64,000 nt of DNA, taken from the NCBI GenBank assembly GCA_963666315.2, contig CAXXHG010000027.1, positions 18,794 through 82,793 of the forward strand. Direction: 5' to 3'. A program made the position numbers and the translations under genes. This document shows, piece after piece, positions 1 to 10,366 of the stretch. Positions within the stretch are counted from its first letter, which is position 1. Each line of letters opens with the position of its first letter. Under the pieces are notes generated by a model, which searched no databases, was not told the origin of the DNA, and saw only the letters and a program-made list of their open reading frames with translations. Origin of the DNA: Candidatus Binatia bacterium (lineage in GTDB: Bacteria; Desulfobacterota; Binatia; Bin18).

Positions 1-996
1 CGTCGCTAATATAAAAGCGTCAGAGCAGCGAGCCTTGGCTAAGGAGACGAGTAGGGCAAGATCTGCATCCTCGTCGTCTGCGGCATTGGCAGCCGCCATT
101 ACGGACGAACGACACAGCTCGATTTCCATAAAAACTTTGGCAGCCCGATGTTTAAGGGCTTGGAACGAACCAATCACTACGCCGAACTGTTCGCGCGTTT
201 TCAGATATTCAAGCGTGTCATCAAATATCTGACCCATCCCGCCCAACATTTCCGCGCACAGGCCGACGGTGGCCAGATCAACACTATGCGACAGTGTCGC
301 TAAGCCTTGGCCTGGGGTGCCGACAATACTTGCGGCACTAACTTTGACCCCGTCGAGGTTGACCAAGGCCGCAGCTCGGCTGTCGACTCGGGTTTGTGGG
401 GTGATGGTCAGGCCGGGGGTATCCGGTGTAATGAGAAAGAGCGTGATGCCGTCTTGCGCGCTCTGCTCTCCGGCCGTGCGGGCCGAGACGATAAGCACAT
501 CAGCATTCTGTCCGTCCAAGACCTGGATTTTTTCGCCGGACAGCCGCCAGTCGTCTCCCTCAGGGCTAGCTTGGGTTGTGACACGATGTAAGTCGTAGCG
601 GCTGCGCGCTTCCTGATAGGCGACTGTCAGGATTTTTTTACCTGATGCTATGCCGGGCAGCCAGGTTTGTTTTTGTTCGCTACTCCCGGCTTGAGCGATC
701 AGCTGACCGCCTAAGAGCACTGTTGAGAGAAAGGGCTCTGGGGCAAGGTTGCGGCCGAGCGCTTCAAGGACTACAGCCAGCTCGGCTAAGCCCAGGCCGG
801 CTCCGCCATATTCTTCGGGAATCAGAATGCCCGTCCAGCCGAGCTTGGCCATCTCTTGCCACAGGTCGGGTGAGTAACCCACACTGTCCTGCGCATCTCG
901 CAGAGCCCGCATACGACTGACGGGAGAATGGGCTCGCACGAAATCCAGTGCGGTTTTTGCTAAGAGTTCTTGGTCTTCAGTCAGAACAAGTGCCAC
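1..996 (-). CDS. acyl-CoA dehydrogenase family protein (runs off window start)
   Basis: Not in ORF track. Read manually from GTG at 996: MALVLTEDQELLAKTALDFV...LWQEMAKLGWTGILIPEEYGGAGLG, a typical ACAD N-terminus; follows the 1007..2197 ACAD. Confidence 0.88.
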   Translation of the reverse strand, partial: MALVLTEDQELLAKTALDFVRAHSPVSRMRALRDAQDSVGYSPDLWQEMAKLGWTGILIPEEYGGAGLGLAELAVVLEALGRNLAPEPFLSTVLLGGQLIAQAGSSEQKQTWLPGIASGKKILTVAYQEARSRYDLHRVTTQASPEGDDWRLSGEKIQVLDGQNADVLIVSARTAGEQSAQDGITLFLITPDTPGLTITPQTRVDSRAAALVNLDGVKVSAASIVGTPGQGLATLSHSVDLATVGLCAEMLGGMGQIFDDTLEYLKTREQFGVVIGSFQALKHRAAKVFMEIELCRSSVMAAANAADDEDADLALLVSLAKARCSDAFILAT

Positions 997-1006
997 GATG
1001 TGTCTC

Positions 1007-2197
1007 CTAATCTGGTAAACCCAACACGCGCTTGGCAATAATATTGAGCTGAATTTCGCTTGTACCGCCTTCGATACTATTGCCGCGCGAACGCAACCAG
1101 TCGCGCGTCAGCGTGAGCTCATGCTCTTCAAACCCCGGACCTTCCCAACCTAGTGCCTGTGGACCCGCAATCGATAACAGTAGCTCAAGGCGGCGTTGAT
1201 TCAATTCAGTACCATAGATTTTAAACATCGAGCTTTCCGGCCCTGGCGGACGTCCGACTTTTGCTGCATCGCGGGCGCGTTCGATTGTGAGCCGAAAAGC
1301 CCGGCCGTCCATTTCATATTGGGCCATCCGGCTTCTGATTACGCCGTCGGCAATACGGTCGCCATCAAGACCGATATGCTCTTTGGCCCAGTCGCGCATG
1401 CTACGGCCTTTACCTGCCGTCGTACCAAAGGCCGAGGCGATCATATTGCGCTCATGATTAAGCAGCACCTTTGCGACCGTCCAGCCTTTATTGACTTCAA
1501 AAATGACGTTCTTGGCTGGCGTCTGGACATCGGTCAAAAACGTTTCACAAAAGGGCGACGCACCGCTGATGAGTTTAATCGGTCGGGTTTCAACTCCGGG
1601 CGATTCCATATTCATCAAGATAAAAGTGATGCCCGCTTGCTTTTTGGCATCCGGATCCGTGCGAACCAGCATAAACATCCAGTCGGCCAGGTTGGCAAAT
1701 GAAGTCCAGACTTTCTGGCCGTTGATGACGTAATGATCGCCATCAAGGATGGCGCGCGTTTTCAGCGAAGCCAGGTCGCTACCCGAACCCGGCTCGGAAT
1801 AGCCCTGGCACCAGCGAATTTCACCGCGAATAATGCCCGGTAAATGCTCGTGCTTTTGCTCTTCTGTGCCGTATTCCAAGAGAGTCGGACCGATCATGGT
1901 CAAGCCAAAACCGATCAACGGAGCAGGCAGTCGGAGGGCGTTCATTTCCTGCTGAAGAACCTTGGCCTCCTCATTGGACAAACCACCCCCGCCGTACTGC
2001 GTCGGCCACTCAGGTGCAGTCCAGCCACGCTCGGCCATCATATCCATCCAAACTTTCATATCCGGATTCGCATAGGTCGCTTTACGTCCGCCCCAATTCC
2101 CGTCAAGTAGCGTATTGCCCACACCCCGGAGAGAGGCCGGGGCGTTGTTGTCGAGCCACTTATGAGTTTCAGCACGAAAGGTCACGAGGTCTGCCAT
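1007..2197 (-). CDS. acyl-CoA dehydrogenase
   Basis: WCQGYSEPGSGSDLASL, INGQKVWTS, SIEGGTSEIQLNIIAKRVLGLP; start MADL after GAGGAGG RBS. Confidence 0.93.
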   Translation of the reverse strand: MADLVTFRAETHKWLDNNAPASLRGVGNTLLDGNWGGRKATYANPDMKVWMDMMAERGWTAPEWPTQYGGGGLSNEEAKVLQQEMNALRLPAPLIGFGLTMIGPTLLEYGTEEQKHEHLPGIIRGEIRWCQGYSEPGSGSDLASLKTRAILDGDHYVINGQKVWTSFANLADWMFMLVRTDPDAKKQAGITFILMNMESPGVETRPIKLISGASPFCETFLTDVQTPAKNVIFEVNKGWTVAKVLLNHERNMIASAFGTTAGKGRSMRDWAKEHIGLDGDRIADGVIRSRMAQYEMDGRAFRLTIERARDAAKVGRPPGPESSMFKIYGTELNQRRLELLLSIAGPQALGWEGPGFEEHELTLTRDWLRSRGNSIEGGTSEIQLNIIAKRVLGLPD

Positions 2198-2286
2198 AAA
2201 CAATTCCTCCTCAATAGATAAGGGCGACCAAATGGTCGCCCTTATTCGAGCAAGATCGTGCGCTCTCGACAAGCGCTATGGGAATC

Positions 2287-3411
2287 TTACGCAGCCGCAG
2301 CGGCCGGCGCTGGCATACTGAGCGGTTCGGGTTCCGCCAATGGAGTAGTGTCCCACTTTTTGAGTTCCGGCAGGACGTGTTTGGCAAAGCACTTCAGGCT
2401 GCCCTCGGCCTCGTCATACGGCATACCCGCGTAGCTGAAGTTGCCCATGATAGCTTTCATATCGATCGTATCGCGCATGAATTCGATCTTCCTCAGCACC
2501 TGGTCGGGAGTACCCCACGGCATGAGTTTGACGAAGTCTTTGGCTGCGCCATCCATGCCGTGTTTTTCAATATATTTCCCTACATTGCTGTAGAATTCAT
2601 AGCCCTTATGCGAGCCAAAATTCTTGCCTGTCATCTCATAGTGCTTCATGGCGGTATGATAGTAGGCGCCGATCCATTTATAGGCGTTCTCTTCGGCCCG
2701 CTTGGCATTTTCACCCACATAGAAGAAACCACCACAGAACGGCTGGGGAGGTTTTGTACCCGGCCGCTCCTCTTCCCAGACCTTGTGGTAGATCTCGAAG
2801 TCGCCTTTGACGACATCCCAAGGTTTCTGCGGGATGACCAGTAGGCCGATGCCGAGCTTAGCCATGATCGGCATGGACTCCGGAGAGACGGCGGCGGCAT
2901 AGGTGCGACCCTTAAAAGAGTAGGCAGGATAGGGGCGAATATCGCGGCGGGGCTGCTGAGTCGTCAGGCCGCCCTCGATATAGCCTTTCTCCAGGCCGTT
3001 AATAAGGAGTTCGGCGTATTCAACAAAGCGTTCGCGACCTTCGTTCTGATCGATCCGGAACCCGTCATACTCAACCCGCGCCAGACCACGACCGAAACCC
3101 AGAATCATACGACCACCCGACACATGGTCGAGCAGCGAAATCTGTTCGGCTACCCGAATAGGATCATGCCAGGGGAGAACGATGACCATGGTTCCCAGCT
3201 TGGCCGTCTTGGTTCTGCCGGCCATATAGGACAGAAACTGCACAGCGTCGGGGCACATGGTGTAATCGGTGAAGTGATGTTCAATAGACCAAATCGAGTC
3301 GAAACCCAGGGGCTCGGCCATCTCGGCCATCCGAAGTTCCTCACGATAGACTTCGGCATCAGAGCGTACATTGCCTGGATTTTGAAACACTGGAGCATAA
3401 CCAACGTGCAT
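2287..3411 (-). CDS. LLM class flavin-dependent oxidoreductase
   Basis: GFDSIWSIEHHF, PIRVAEQISLLDHVSGGRMILGFGRG. Confidence 0.92.
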   Translation of the reverse strand: MHVGYAPVFQNPGNVRSDAEVYREELRMAEMAEPLGFDSIWSIEHHFTDYTMCPDAVQFLSYMAGRTKTAKLGTMVIVLPWHDPIRVAEQISLLDHVSGGRMILGFGRGLARVEYDGFRIDQNEGRERFVEYAELLINGLEKGYIEGGLTTQQPRRDIRPYPAYSFKGRTYAAAVSPESMPIMAKLGIGLLVIPQKPWDVVKGDFEIYHKVWEEERPGTKPPQPFCGGFFYVGENAKRAEENAYKWIGAYYHTAMKHYEMTGKNFGSHKGYEFYSNVGKYIEKHGMDGAAKDFVKLMPWGTPDQVLRKIEFMRDTIDMKAIMGNFSYAGMPYDEAEGSLKCFAKHVLPELKKWDTTPLAEPEPLSMPAPAAAAA

Positions 3412-3521
3412 ATTACCCTCCTTGCACAAGGCTTAATGATGAATTGTCAGGCTCATAGTATAGGCGAGCCTGTTCCGTTCGCCTAGTCCCATGTCGGGCC
3501 ATGTCGGGCTGGAAAGCAGGC

Positions 3522-4283
3522 TTACGCTGCAACAATGCCGCCATCTACGGACATCGGATGGCCGGTCACAAATGACGCCGCGTCCGAACACAACCACACC
3601 ACGGCTGCGGCAATCTCCTCGGGTTTGCCCAACCGGCCGGTTGGCGACACAGCGGATAATGGATCAACCAGCTGGGGTTTGCCCTCAACGCCGCGCTCAA
3701 ACATGGGCGTGTTGATAATGCCGGGACACACTGCGTTTACCCGAATATTGGCTTTGGCGTATTCCAGGGCTGCCGTCTTCGTAAGTCCGACCACGCCATG
3801 TTTGGCGGCAACATAAGCTGGACCACCGCGCATACCGACTAAGCCTGCGGCTGAGGCGGTGTTCACAATGGCACCGCCGCCCTGCTGGAGCATGTGATCA
3901 ATTTCGTATTTGAGGCACAGCCAGACGCCAGTCAGATTAATCGCGATCACCCGGTCCCACTCTTCTTTGGTGTATTTTTCGGTTTTGGCAAAAGCGCCTT
4001 CGATGCCCGCATTATTAAACGCACAGTCCAACCGGCCGTAGGTCCTAACTGTGTGTTTGACCATGGCTTGCACGTCGGCTTCTTGGGCAATATCCGTTTT
4101 GACAAAACTCGCCTCACCGCCAGCGTCTTTAATGAACTGAACCGTCTCGACACCACCTTGTTCAACAATGTCAGACACCATGACCTTCGCGCCCTCTCGC
4201 GCCAGTGCGAGCGAGGTGGCGCGTCCGATGCCTGATCCACCACCTGTGACTAAAGCGATCTTTCCGTCTACTTGTCCTGCCAT
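3522..4283 (-). CDS. SDR family oxidoreductase
   Basis: TGGGSGIG, NNAG, YVAAKHG. Confidence 0.95.
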   Translation of the reverse strand: MAGQVDGKIALVTGGGSGIGRATSLALAREGAKVMVSDIVEQGGVETVQFIKDAGGEASFVKTDIAQEADVQAMVKHTVRTYGRLDCAFNNAGIEGAFAKTEKYTKEEWDRVIAINLTGVWLCLKYEIDHMLQQGGGAIVNTASAAGLVGMRGGPAYVAAKHGVVGLTKTAALEYAKANIRVNAVCPGIINTPMFERGVEGKPQLVDPLSAVSPTGRLGKPEEIAAAVVWLCSDAASFVTGHPMSVDGGIVAA

Positions 4284-4332
4284 GCGGCTGCTCCTTTTTT
4301 ATGTTGTCTCCTGCTATGTGCGCGACTCGTCT

Positions 4333-4761
4333 TCATGTGACTACCGTCAGCCCGAGTCTTTTAAAATCCCGATCAAAACTCAAGCACGGAATATTCTCCA
4401 GCAAAACTGTGACAACGACAAACGACAGTGCGTCGCAAAACGATGATTTTTTATCTGTGCCCAATTGTCTGAAAACCTCCTCTGCCTGGCTCTGAATGGA
4501 ACCGTCATAAAGGACGAGACGCAGGGTGGGCTTGACGTGGTCGAGAAACTGTATGGCTCGTTCGTAGCTGCTGCGGTAACGCAGCAGCGTTGCTGTTTCG
4601 CTAACAATATCCCAAGTACTGTAGAAAACGATATTCTCGGCAACGGATTCTTCTACGAGGCTGCACGCACGTCCATGGTGCGCATCGTTTGAGTCTAAAC
4701 AAGCATAGAAGAAAGAGGTGTCACAGAAGACGTACGGTATCCCACCTCCTCGAAGAGTCAT
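4333..4761 (-). CDS. PIN-domain VapC toxin
   Basis: VFCDTSFFYA...SFCDALSF...SFDRDF; 4-bp overlap with upstream antitoxin. Confidence 0.88.
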   Translation of the reverse strand: MTLRGGGIPYVFCDTSFFYACLDSNDAHHGRACSLVEESVAENIVFYSTWDIVSETATLLRYRSSYERAIQFLDHVKPTLRLVLYDGSIQSQAEEVFRQLGTDKKSSFCDALSFVVVTVLLENIPCLSFDRDFKRLGLTVVT

Positions 4762-5030
4762 CTTTTGGACTCATGCGGATTCGGATAGCGGTGCGCCTTG
4801 ACGTCCGCTGAAATCTTTCTCTTTTGACGAGATTTGGACTTCGGCAATTGAGCGGTAATTGCGAGGAGGCTGCTTGCTGCCTCCCCACCCTGGGGAAGCT
4901 GGGCTGGGGCCTTGAGTTCCGCGACGACTTCTTGGCGGACGGTAATTTCGTATGTCAAGCTCGGATTGTGTTTCAATTGCTTCACCAACTGGGAAAGCTT
5001 AGCCCGAACCTGACTAATTGGAATTTGCAT
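4758..5030 (-). CDS. Phd/YefM-like antitoxin
   Basis: IPISQVRAKLSQLVKQL...YEITVRQEVVAEL; directly upstream of PIN gene. Confidence 0.78.
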   Translation of the reverse strand: MQIPISQVRAKLSQLVKQLKHNPSLTYEITVRQEVVAELKAPAQLPQGGEAASSLLAITAQLPKSKSRQKRKISADVKAHRYPNPHESKR

Positions 5031-5045
5031 GGTGCAGTCCTCAGT

Positions 5046-5077
5046 GAAAAGTACATTTAGTACAAAATATACTTTTC
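5046..5077. promoter_or_regulatory. putative TA operator (AT-rich inverted repeat)
   Basis: GAAAAGTA...TACTTTTC just upstream of antitoxin start. Confidence 0.45.
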
Positions 5078-5150
5078 AGAGCAATCTGTTGCAAGCGTGC
5101 GGAGATTCTGATCCGGCCCGTTTGAAACATTTGAAAAGTAGATTAGGGCT

Positions 5151-5249
5151 AATCCTACCCCGGCGCTACGCGCCACCCCTCCAAGGAGGGGAGATTAGAA
5201 GTATTCGCACCCCCCATAGTAGATCGGGTTAGCGGAGCCTAACCCGATC
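5151..5249. repeat. two adjacent REP-like palindromes
   Basis: CCTACCCCGGCGCTACGCGCCACCCCTCCAAGGAGGGG, then GTAGATCGGGTTAG-CGGAGC-CTAACCCGATC hairpin. Confidence 0.6.
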
Positions 5250-5426
5250 CCGGCGTCTCATCAGCCTTTGGCAACCTCTCTCATCCACTTTGCATCATGG
5301 GTTTATCCTGTCGCGGAGAAAATGCTTGTCTGGAAACTTTTGCCCTGCTGGTATTGTTTGATTGGGTAAGCGTTCTTGATAGTGATCTGGGACACGATTA
5401 CGCCAGCAGGAGAGAGAGGAAGAGTC

Positions 5427-5678
5427 ATGAAAACGTCAGTGTAGATGATAACCCTTGCAACGCTGGTGTTCGTGCAGCCGGGTCATGCCGCAGACCTGAC
5501 AACGTTCATTGTCAAACCCGGCGTCGGCAATAATACCTTTACCGCTGTGTTTGATGCCGTCATTGGTGAACGGATCACGGCGATCAGTTCGGCCGTCGGC
5601 TGTACCTTCGCTGTGGATGAGGAAAAGCTGGAGGGAAAAGGCAGCTGTTCAGTCGCTCTGACTTCGATTCTGGTTGAC
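5427..5678 (+). pseudogene. 5' fragment of secreted YceI-like protein
   Basis: RBS then MKTSV*MITLATLVFVQPGHA (signal peptide with in-frame TAG), beta-rich FTAVFDAVIGERITAISS; ends abruptly at SILVD. Confidence 0.55.
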
Positions 5679-6035
5679 GGTGATCTCGTTGCCGGCGACC
5701 AAGAGCAAGACGGCCATGGCCAGGATCTCGTCTGCCGATAACACCTGGTCCTCGTCCTCAGCCTGGACAATATGCGTAAGCAGGTCATCTTTGGGGTCCT
5801 TGTATCGCTGGGCGATGGCTTCTTGCAGGCAGGCTCGCATCTCGGCGTTGCTGCGCTGAATCTGCATCCGGACTGCTTCGTCCGTGGGGCGCGAGGATGT
5901 AAGGACCATATCTTTTGACCAGCGATTGAAGTCCTCTAGGTATTCCGACTCGACTCCCAACAGCTCAGCAATCACGGTCATGGGCAGTGGGGTTGAGAAA
6001 TCCCGAACAAGGTCAAAGGTGTCCCGCGTACGAAG
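5670..6035 (-). pseudogene. internal fragment of cytochrome P450
   Basis: [22 protein letters not shown]...PKDDLLT...LLLVAGNEIT (E to I helix); no N-terminus or heme-binding Cys. Confidence 0.85.
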
Positions 6036-6206
6036 AGCAGCCAGCAGCTGCGGCAATGGTCTCATGCGCAGACTAGCGGGTGGCTCTGCCGAGGACTCTG
6101 CCCTGCGCACTGCCGAGGGCACGATTTGACTCACTCGGTGGTATTTCTTAAGCTACCCTGGCTATTACTGAAGAAAATTACGTCTGACGAAGGAGGGAGC
6201 AGCAGC

Positions 6207-7418
6207 ATGGATTTTGATTTTTCTCCAAAAGTGAAAGACCTGCAGAAAAAGGTCTCCCAATTCATGGACGAGCATGTCTATCCCAACGAGGTCACCTTTG
6301 AAGAGCAACTCAACGCTGGGTCTGATCGCTGGCAGATCCCACCGATTCTCGAAGAATTAAAAGACAAGGCCAAGAGTGCCAGCTTGTGGAATCTATTCCT
6401 GCCCGAGAGTGATTATGGCTACGGGTTGACCAACCTCGAATATGCGCCGCTGTCTGAAATCATGGGGCATGTGCACTGGGGCTCAGAGGTCTTTAACTGC
6501 TCTGCCCCGGATACGGGCAATATGGAAGTGCTCTCCCGCTACGGCACGCCGGAGCAGCAAAAGGAATGGCTCGAACCCCTGCTCGCAGGCAAAATCCGCT
6601 CCTGTTTCGCCATGACCGAGCCGGCTGTGGCTTCTTCTGATGCGACCAATATTGAATCCAGCATCGTGCGTGACGGTGACGAGTACGTGATTAACGGTCG
6701 CAAATGGTGGTCGTCGGGCATGGGCGATCCGCGCTGCAAAATCCTCATCTTCATGGGCAAGACCGATCCCGATAACCCGAATCGGCATCTACAGCAGTCT
6801 CAAATCTTAATCCCTCGGGATACCCCGGGGGTCAAGGTGCTGCGCATGTTGTCGGTGTTTGGCTACGACGACGCGCCGCACGGTCATGCCGATGTGGAGT
6901 TTAAAGAGGTTCGCGTGCCTGCCTCGAATATCATTCTGGGAGAAGGCCGGGGATTTGAGATTGCACAAGGCCGGCTTGGCCCCGGACGTATTCATCACTG
7001 CATGCGGCTTGTTGGCCAGGCCGAACGCGCGCTGGAAAAAATGTGTAGGCGGGCCAAATCTCGCACCGCGTTTGGAAAACTCTTATCGGAGAGAACCGTA
7101 ACGCTGGAGCGTATTGCCGAAGCGCGGATTATGATTGAGCAAGCGCGCCTCCTCACGCTTAAGGCCGCCTATTTGATGGATACGGTTGGCAATAAGGCTG
7201 CCCGCACGGAGATTGCCATGATTAAAGTCGCAGCGCCGAATATGGCCCTTCAGGTCATAGACTGGGCCATGCAGGTGCACGGCGGCGGTGCGGTAGCCGA
7301 AGAGTTTGGTCTTGCTCGGGCGTATGCTTCCGCCCGCACGCTACGTTTTGCCGACGGACCGGACGAAGTCCATCGCAACCAGATTGGCCGGTTGGAGCTG
7401 CGCAAATACGACGATTAA
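6207..7418 (+). CDS. acyl-CoA dehydrogenase (ACAD10/11-like)
   Basis: [40 protein letters not shown]. Confidence 0.95.
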   Translation: MDFDFSPKVKDLQKKVSQFMDEHVYPNEVTFEEQLNAGSDRWQIPPILEELKDKAKSASLWNLFLPESDYGYGLTNLEYAPLSEIMGHVHWGSEVFNCSAPDTGNMEVLSRYGTPEQQKEWLEPLLAGKIRSCFAMTEPAVASSDATNIESSIVRDGDEYVINGRKWWSSGMGDPRCKILIFMGKTDPDNPNRHLQQSQILIPRDTPGVKVLRMLSVFGYDDAPHGHADVEFKEVRVPASNIILGEGRGFEIAQGRLGPGRIHHCMRLVGQAERALEKMCRRAKSRTAFGKLLSERTVTLERIAEARIMIEQARLLTLKAAYLMDTVGNKAARTEIAMIKVAAPNMALQVIDWAMQVHGGGAVAEEFGLARAYASARTLRFADGPDEVHRNQIGRLELRKYDD

Positions 7419-7427
7419 GACGACTAA

Positions 7428-7491
7428 GTAGGGGCGCACCCATGTGTACGCCCTTTTCTTGATTAGGGCAGACACATAGATCTGCCTCTAC
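7428..7491. repeat. GTAG-family REP doublet
   Basis: GTAGGGGCGCACCCATGTGTACGCCC facing inverted GGGCAGACACATAGATCTGCCTCTAC. Confidence 0.7.
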
Positions 7492-7531
7492 AAGTATTCC
7501 CATCCTGATTCACGGCAGACAGGAGACGCCT

Positions 7532-8584
7532 ATGGAATTTGGTTTACATTACCAGTTGCCTTGTCGGGATACCCAATCGCCGGTTCAGCGCTATCGGGAC
7601 ACGCTCGATCAGGCGATTCACGCTGAAACGCTGGGGTTTGAGTCTGTGTGGCCGGTAGAGCAGCACTTTAACCCTGAGCTTTCCATCCTGCCTTCCCCTT
7701 TACTGCTGCTAGCGGCTCTCGCCGAGCGGACCCGGACGCTCCGGCTTGGCATTGCCATTGTCCTGCTGCCTCTCTCCCATCCCATCCGCATCGCAGAAGA
7801 GATTGCGACCTTGGACGTACTCAGTAACGGCCGAGTGGAGTTCGGTATTGGGCGCGGGTCTATCCCGACCCACTTCAGTGGTTTTGGCGTGGACCAGTCC
7901 GAAAGCCGGGAGCGGATGCTCGAAGCTGTGGAGATAATTCGCCAGGCGTGGACCACTGAGCGGTTTTCATTCCAGGGACAGTTTTTTAGTGTTGAGAACA
8001 TCTCCGTCGTACCCAAACCGGTCCAACAGCCCCATCCCCCTATCCGGGCTGCAGCCAATAGCCCCGAGACCTTTAAGCTGATGGGGCGTCTGGGCTATCC
8101 CATTTTTGTGGCCTCACAGGTGAATCCGTTTACCAAAATGAAAGAGTATATCCCGCTCTACCGCGAGGCCCGAACTGCGGCCGGACATCCGGACCGTGGG
8201 AGTGAGGATGTGACCCTGCTCGGCCCGTTGTATGTGGGTGCGAGCCAGGCCCAAATCCGGCAGGAATTAGAGCCCAGTATGCGCCGTTTTCTGGAGTCTG
8301 TTGCCGCTCTTGCCGCGCTCCATGGGCCGGCGTTGGGCGCCCAGTCCAGCCGTATCAAAGAAGTCTTCGAACGGGTGCGACGCCTGAACTACGAGAAGGT
8401 CAGCGAGGTCATGGCTATCTTTGATACGCCAGACGCCTGTGTGGAGCGACTCAAACGCCTGGAAGAGGAATTCCGCATGGGACGCTTTGTGTGTTGGTTT
8501 AACCCTGGTGGCATGGTGCCGCACTCACAGGTCATGCGCAGCATGGAGTTGTTTGCAGCGAAAGTGATGCCGTACTTCCGGTAA
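7532..8584 (+). CDS. LLM class flavin-dependent oxidoreductase
   Basis: GFESVWPVEQHF, HPIRIAEEIATLDVLSNGRVEFGIGRG, PKPVQQPHPP. Confidence 0.93.
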   Translation: MEFGLHYQLPCRDTQSPVQRYRDTLDQAIHAETLGFESVWPVEQHFNPELSILPSPLLLLAALAERTRTLRLGIAIVLLPLSHPIRIAEEIATLDVLSNGRVEFGIGRGSIPTHFSGFGVDQSESRERMLEAVEIIRQAWTTERFSFQGQFFSVENISVVPKPVQQPHPPIRAAANSPETFKLMGRLGYPIFVASQVNPFTKMKEYIPLYREARTAAGHPDRGSEDVTLLGPLYVGASQAQIRQELEPSMRRFLESVAALAALHGPALGAQSSRIKEVFERVRRLNYEKVSEVMAIFDTPDACVERLKRLEEEFRMGRFVCWFNPGGMVPHSQVMRSMELFAAKVMPYFR

Positions 8585-8640
8585 CGATTCAGCGCTGGCT
8601 GAAGAGACACAAAAGACGATTAACGACGAAGCAAAACGCT

Positions 8641-9366
8641 GTGGATTATAAACAAGAATTTCTCGATTTGTTGCTGAAGAAGAACGGGTTGAAAATTGCC
8701 GCCGACGCCGACTCCTTCTTCCAATTAAAAAGCGGTCGCGCTAGTCCGAGTTTTGTGTCGCTGGGTTCCCTGACCGACGGGGACAGTCTGCTGACCTTAA
8801 AGAAATGTTATAGCCAGGCAGCCATGGAAGGCGTCCAGCAGGGCATCCTCAAGGACTTTCAGTACGTTTTTGGTCCGGCCTATAAAGGCATTATTCTCGG
8901 AGCGCTAACGTGTGAAGGACTCCAGGAGTATAGCAATAAATCTACTTTTTTCCTGTACGATCGGAAAGAAGAGAAGACCCACGGAGAGGTGACGCAGGGC
9001 GACGCCGCCGGGAAAGTCATTGTCGGCACGGAGAGTTTCGTGCAGTCGAGTGCCATCCTGCTTGTCGACGATGTGGTCACAACAGGCAAAGCCAAGTATG
9101 AGGCCCTGGAAAAAATCCGGCTGCTCGGAAAACACGACATCGCCGGCATGGTTGTGGCCGTGGATCGACAAGAATTAATGGGTGATGCACACGATGTGAG
9201 TAAGCTGAGTGCCATCCAAGCACTCGAACAAGAGCTGGGAATCAAAACGTTTGCCATTCTGACTATGCAAGAGATATTCAGCCGGGTGAAAGACACACTC
9301 TCTCAGGACGTCCGGCGGGCCTGGGTCGCCTACTATGAGCGTTACGGTGCCGTCCGGATAGAGTGA
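8641..9366 (+). CDS. pyrE: orotate phosphoribosyltransferase
   Basis: FQLKSGRASP, FGPAYKGI, YDRKEEKTHGE, PRPP motif LLVDDVVTTG. Confidence 0.88.
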   Translation: MDYKQEFLDLLLKKNGLKIAADADSFFQLKSGRASPSFVSLGSLTDGDSLLTLKKCYSQAAMEGVQQGILKDFQYVFGPAYKGIILGALTCEGLQEYSNKSTFFLYDRKEEKTHGEVTQGDAAGKVIVGTESFVQSSAILLVDDVVTTGKAKYEALEKIRLLGKHDIAGMVVAVDRQELMGDAHDVSKLSAIQALEQELGIKTFAILTMQEIFSRVKDTLSQDVRRAWVAYYERYGAVRIE

Positions 9367-9399
9367 GAGCATCCTGCACCCTAAGACAGTCTCATGTAG

Positions 9400-9816
9400 T
9401 TGAGCGGACACGACAATTCAAAGCGGTCTAGGGTTCTTGCGGTGCTGATACTCTATTTTCCATTTCTGCTACTAGTACTAGTGTTTTTGCTCACTATCGC
9501 CCTCAGATATCGACGGCCTGCTTGGTCACGTTCTCTCTACCGCGGGTTACTCGTTCTGTCGATACTGCCGTATGGTCTCCACGTGACGAACAACGTTATG
9601 TACACCACTAGGTCGCTGAGCATGTCACCCGGAACATACCAAGGCATGTTTGCGTACGTGGTGGCGAGTTGTCTCACTATACTGTCGCTGCTTGTCGTAA
9701 CGATGGTCCTTGTCCGACGAGTGCCACTTGCTACGTCGTTGCTACCGGCCTGTACTTGGCTCTTATACTGGTATGGCTGTCTGCCTATCATTTATCGAGA
9801 GCTCGAAGGGATATGA
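9400..9816 (+). CDS. hypothetical membrane protein (possibly 3'-truncated)
   Basis: About four hydrophobic segments; overlaps the opposite-strand SH3 ORF. Confidence 0.45.
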   Translation: MSGHDNSKRSRVLAVLILYFPFLLLVLVFLLTIALRYRRPAWSRSLYRGLLVLSILPYGLHVTNNVMYTTRSLSMSPGTYQGMFAYVVASCLTILSLLVVTMVLVRRVPLATSLLPACTWLLYWYGCLPIIYRELEGI

Positions 9817-10170
9817 CATTTGGACAATGTTCCGAACGTCTGGCTCTTTGTATCGAGCGCCTTCTCCGTTGTCCTCTTGGCCGGTACGGCCCCCTTGGGT
9901 GCCGGCTTGTGTCTGGACCTGATACCAGCTGTTGCCTTTTCCTAAGACGTGGACAACGTGGCCCTCTTTAACGACAGCCAGGATGGTGCCTTGCAGAGAA
10001 GGGGAGGCGCGCAAGTTCGCATTCTTCGCTATAACAGCCGAAGAGGGGAATTCCTCTGACTGGGCAAAGCTCGCCGCCAAGCTAACCGCAAAACTTACAG
10101 ATGGATGAACAAGGCCGTCCATCCCCCACATCAACACTGGAAATATAAAAAACCCCGCGCGTAGGGTCAT
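9763..10170 (-). CDS. bacterial SH3-domain protein (possibly truncated)
   Basis: ANLRASPSLQGTILAVVKEGHVVHVLGKGNSWYQVQT. Confidence 0.7.
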   Translation of the reverse strand: MTLRAGFFIFPVLMWGMDGLVHPSVSFAVSLAASFAQSEEFPSSAVIAKNANLRASPSLQGTILAVVKEGHVVHVLGKGNSWYQVQTQAGTQGGRTGQEDNGEGARYKEPDVRNIVQMSYPFELSINDRQTAIPV

Positions 10171-10296
10171 TATTCCTGTACGGATCTCATTAAGTTAATC
10201 GAACCACGACTTCATATGTAGACTTTTATGACAGCACAAGGGCGGCGCTGCATGATTGGTTGCACGGCGTGTAAGGCGGGTTCTTGTTGGGGTGGG

Positions 10297-10320
10297 GGGA
10301 CGAGGCAACCTCGTCCCGAC
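10297..10320. repeat. REP-like hairpin
   Basis: GGGACGAGG-CAA-CCTCGTCCC followed by GAC. Confidence 0.5.
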
Positions 10321-10366
10321 AGTTGTTGTGACTCGGGCCTATAAATCACTGCGCGAACGCGGCGCT

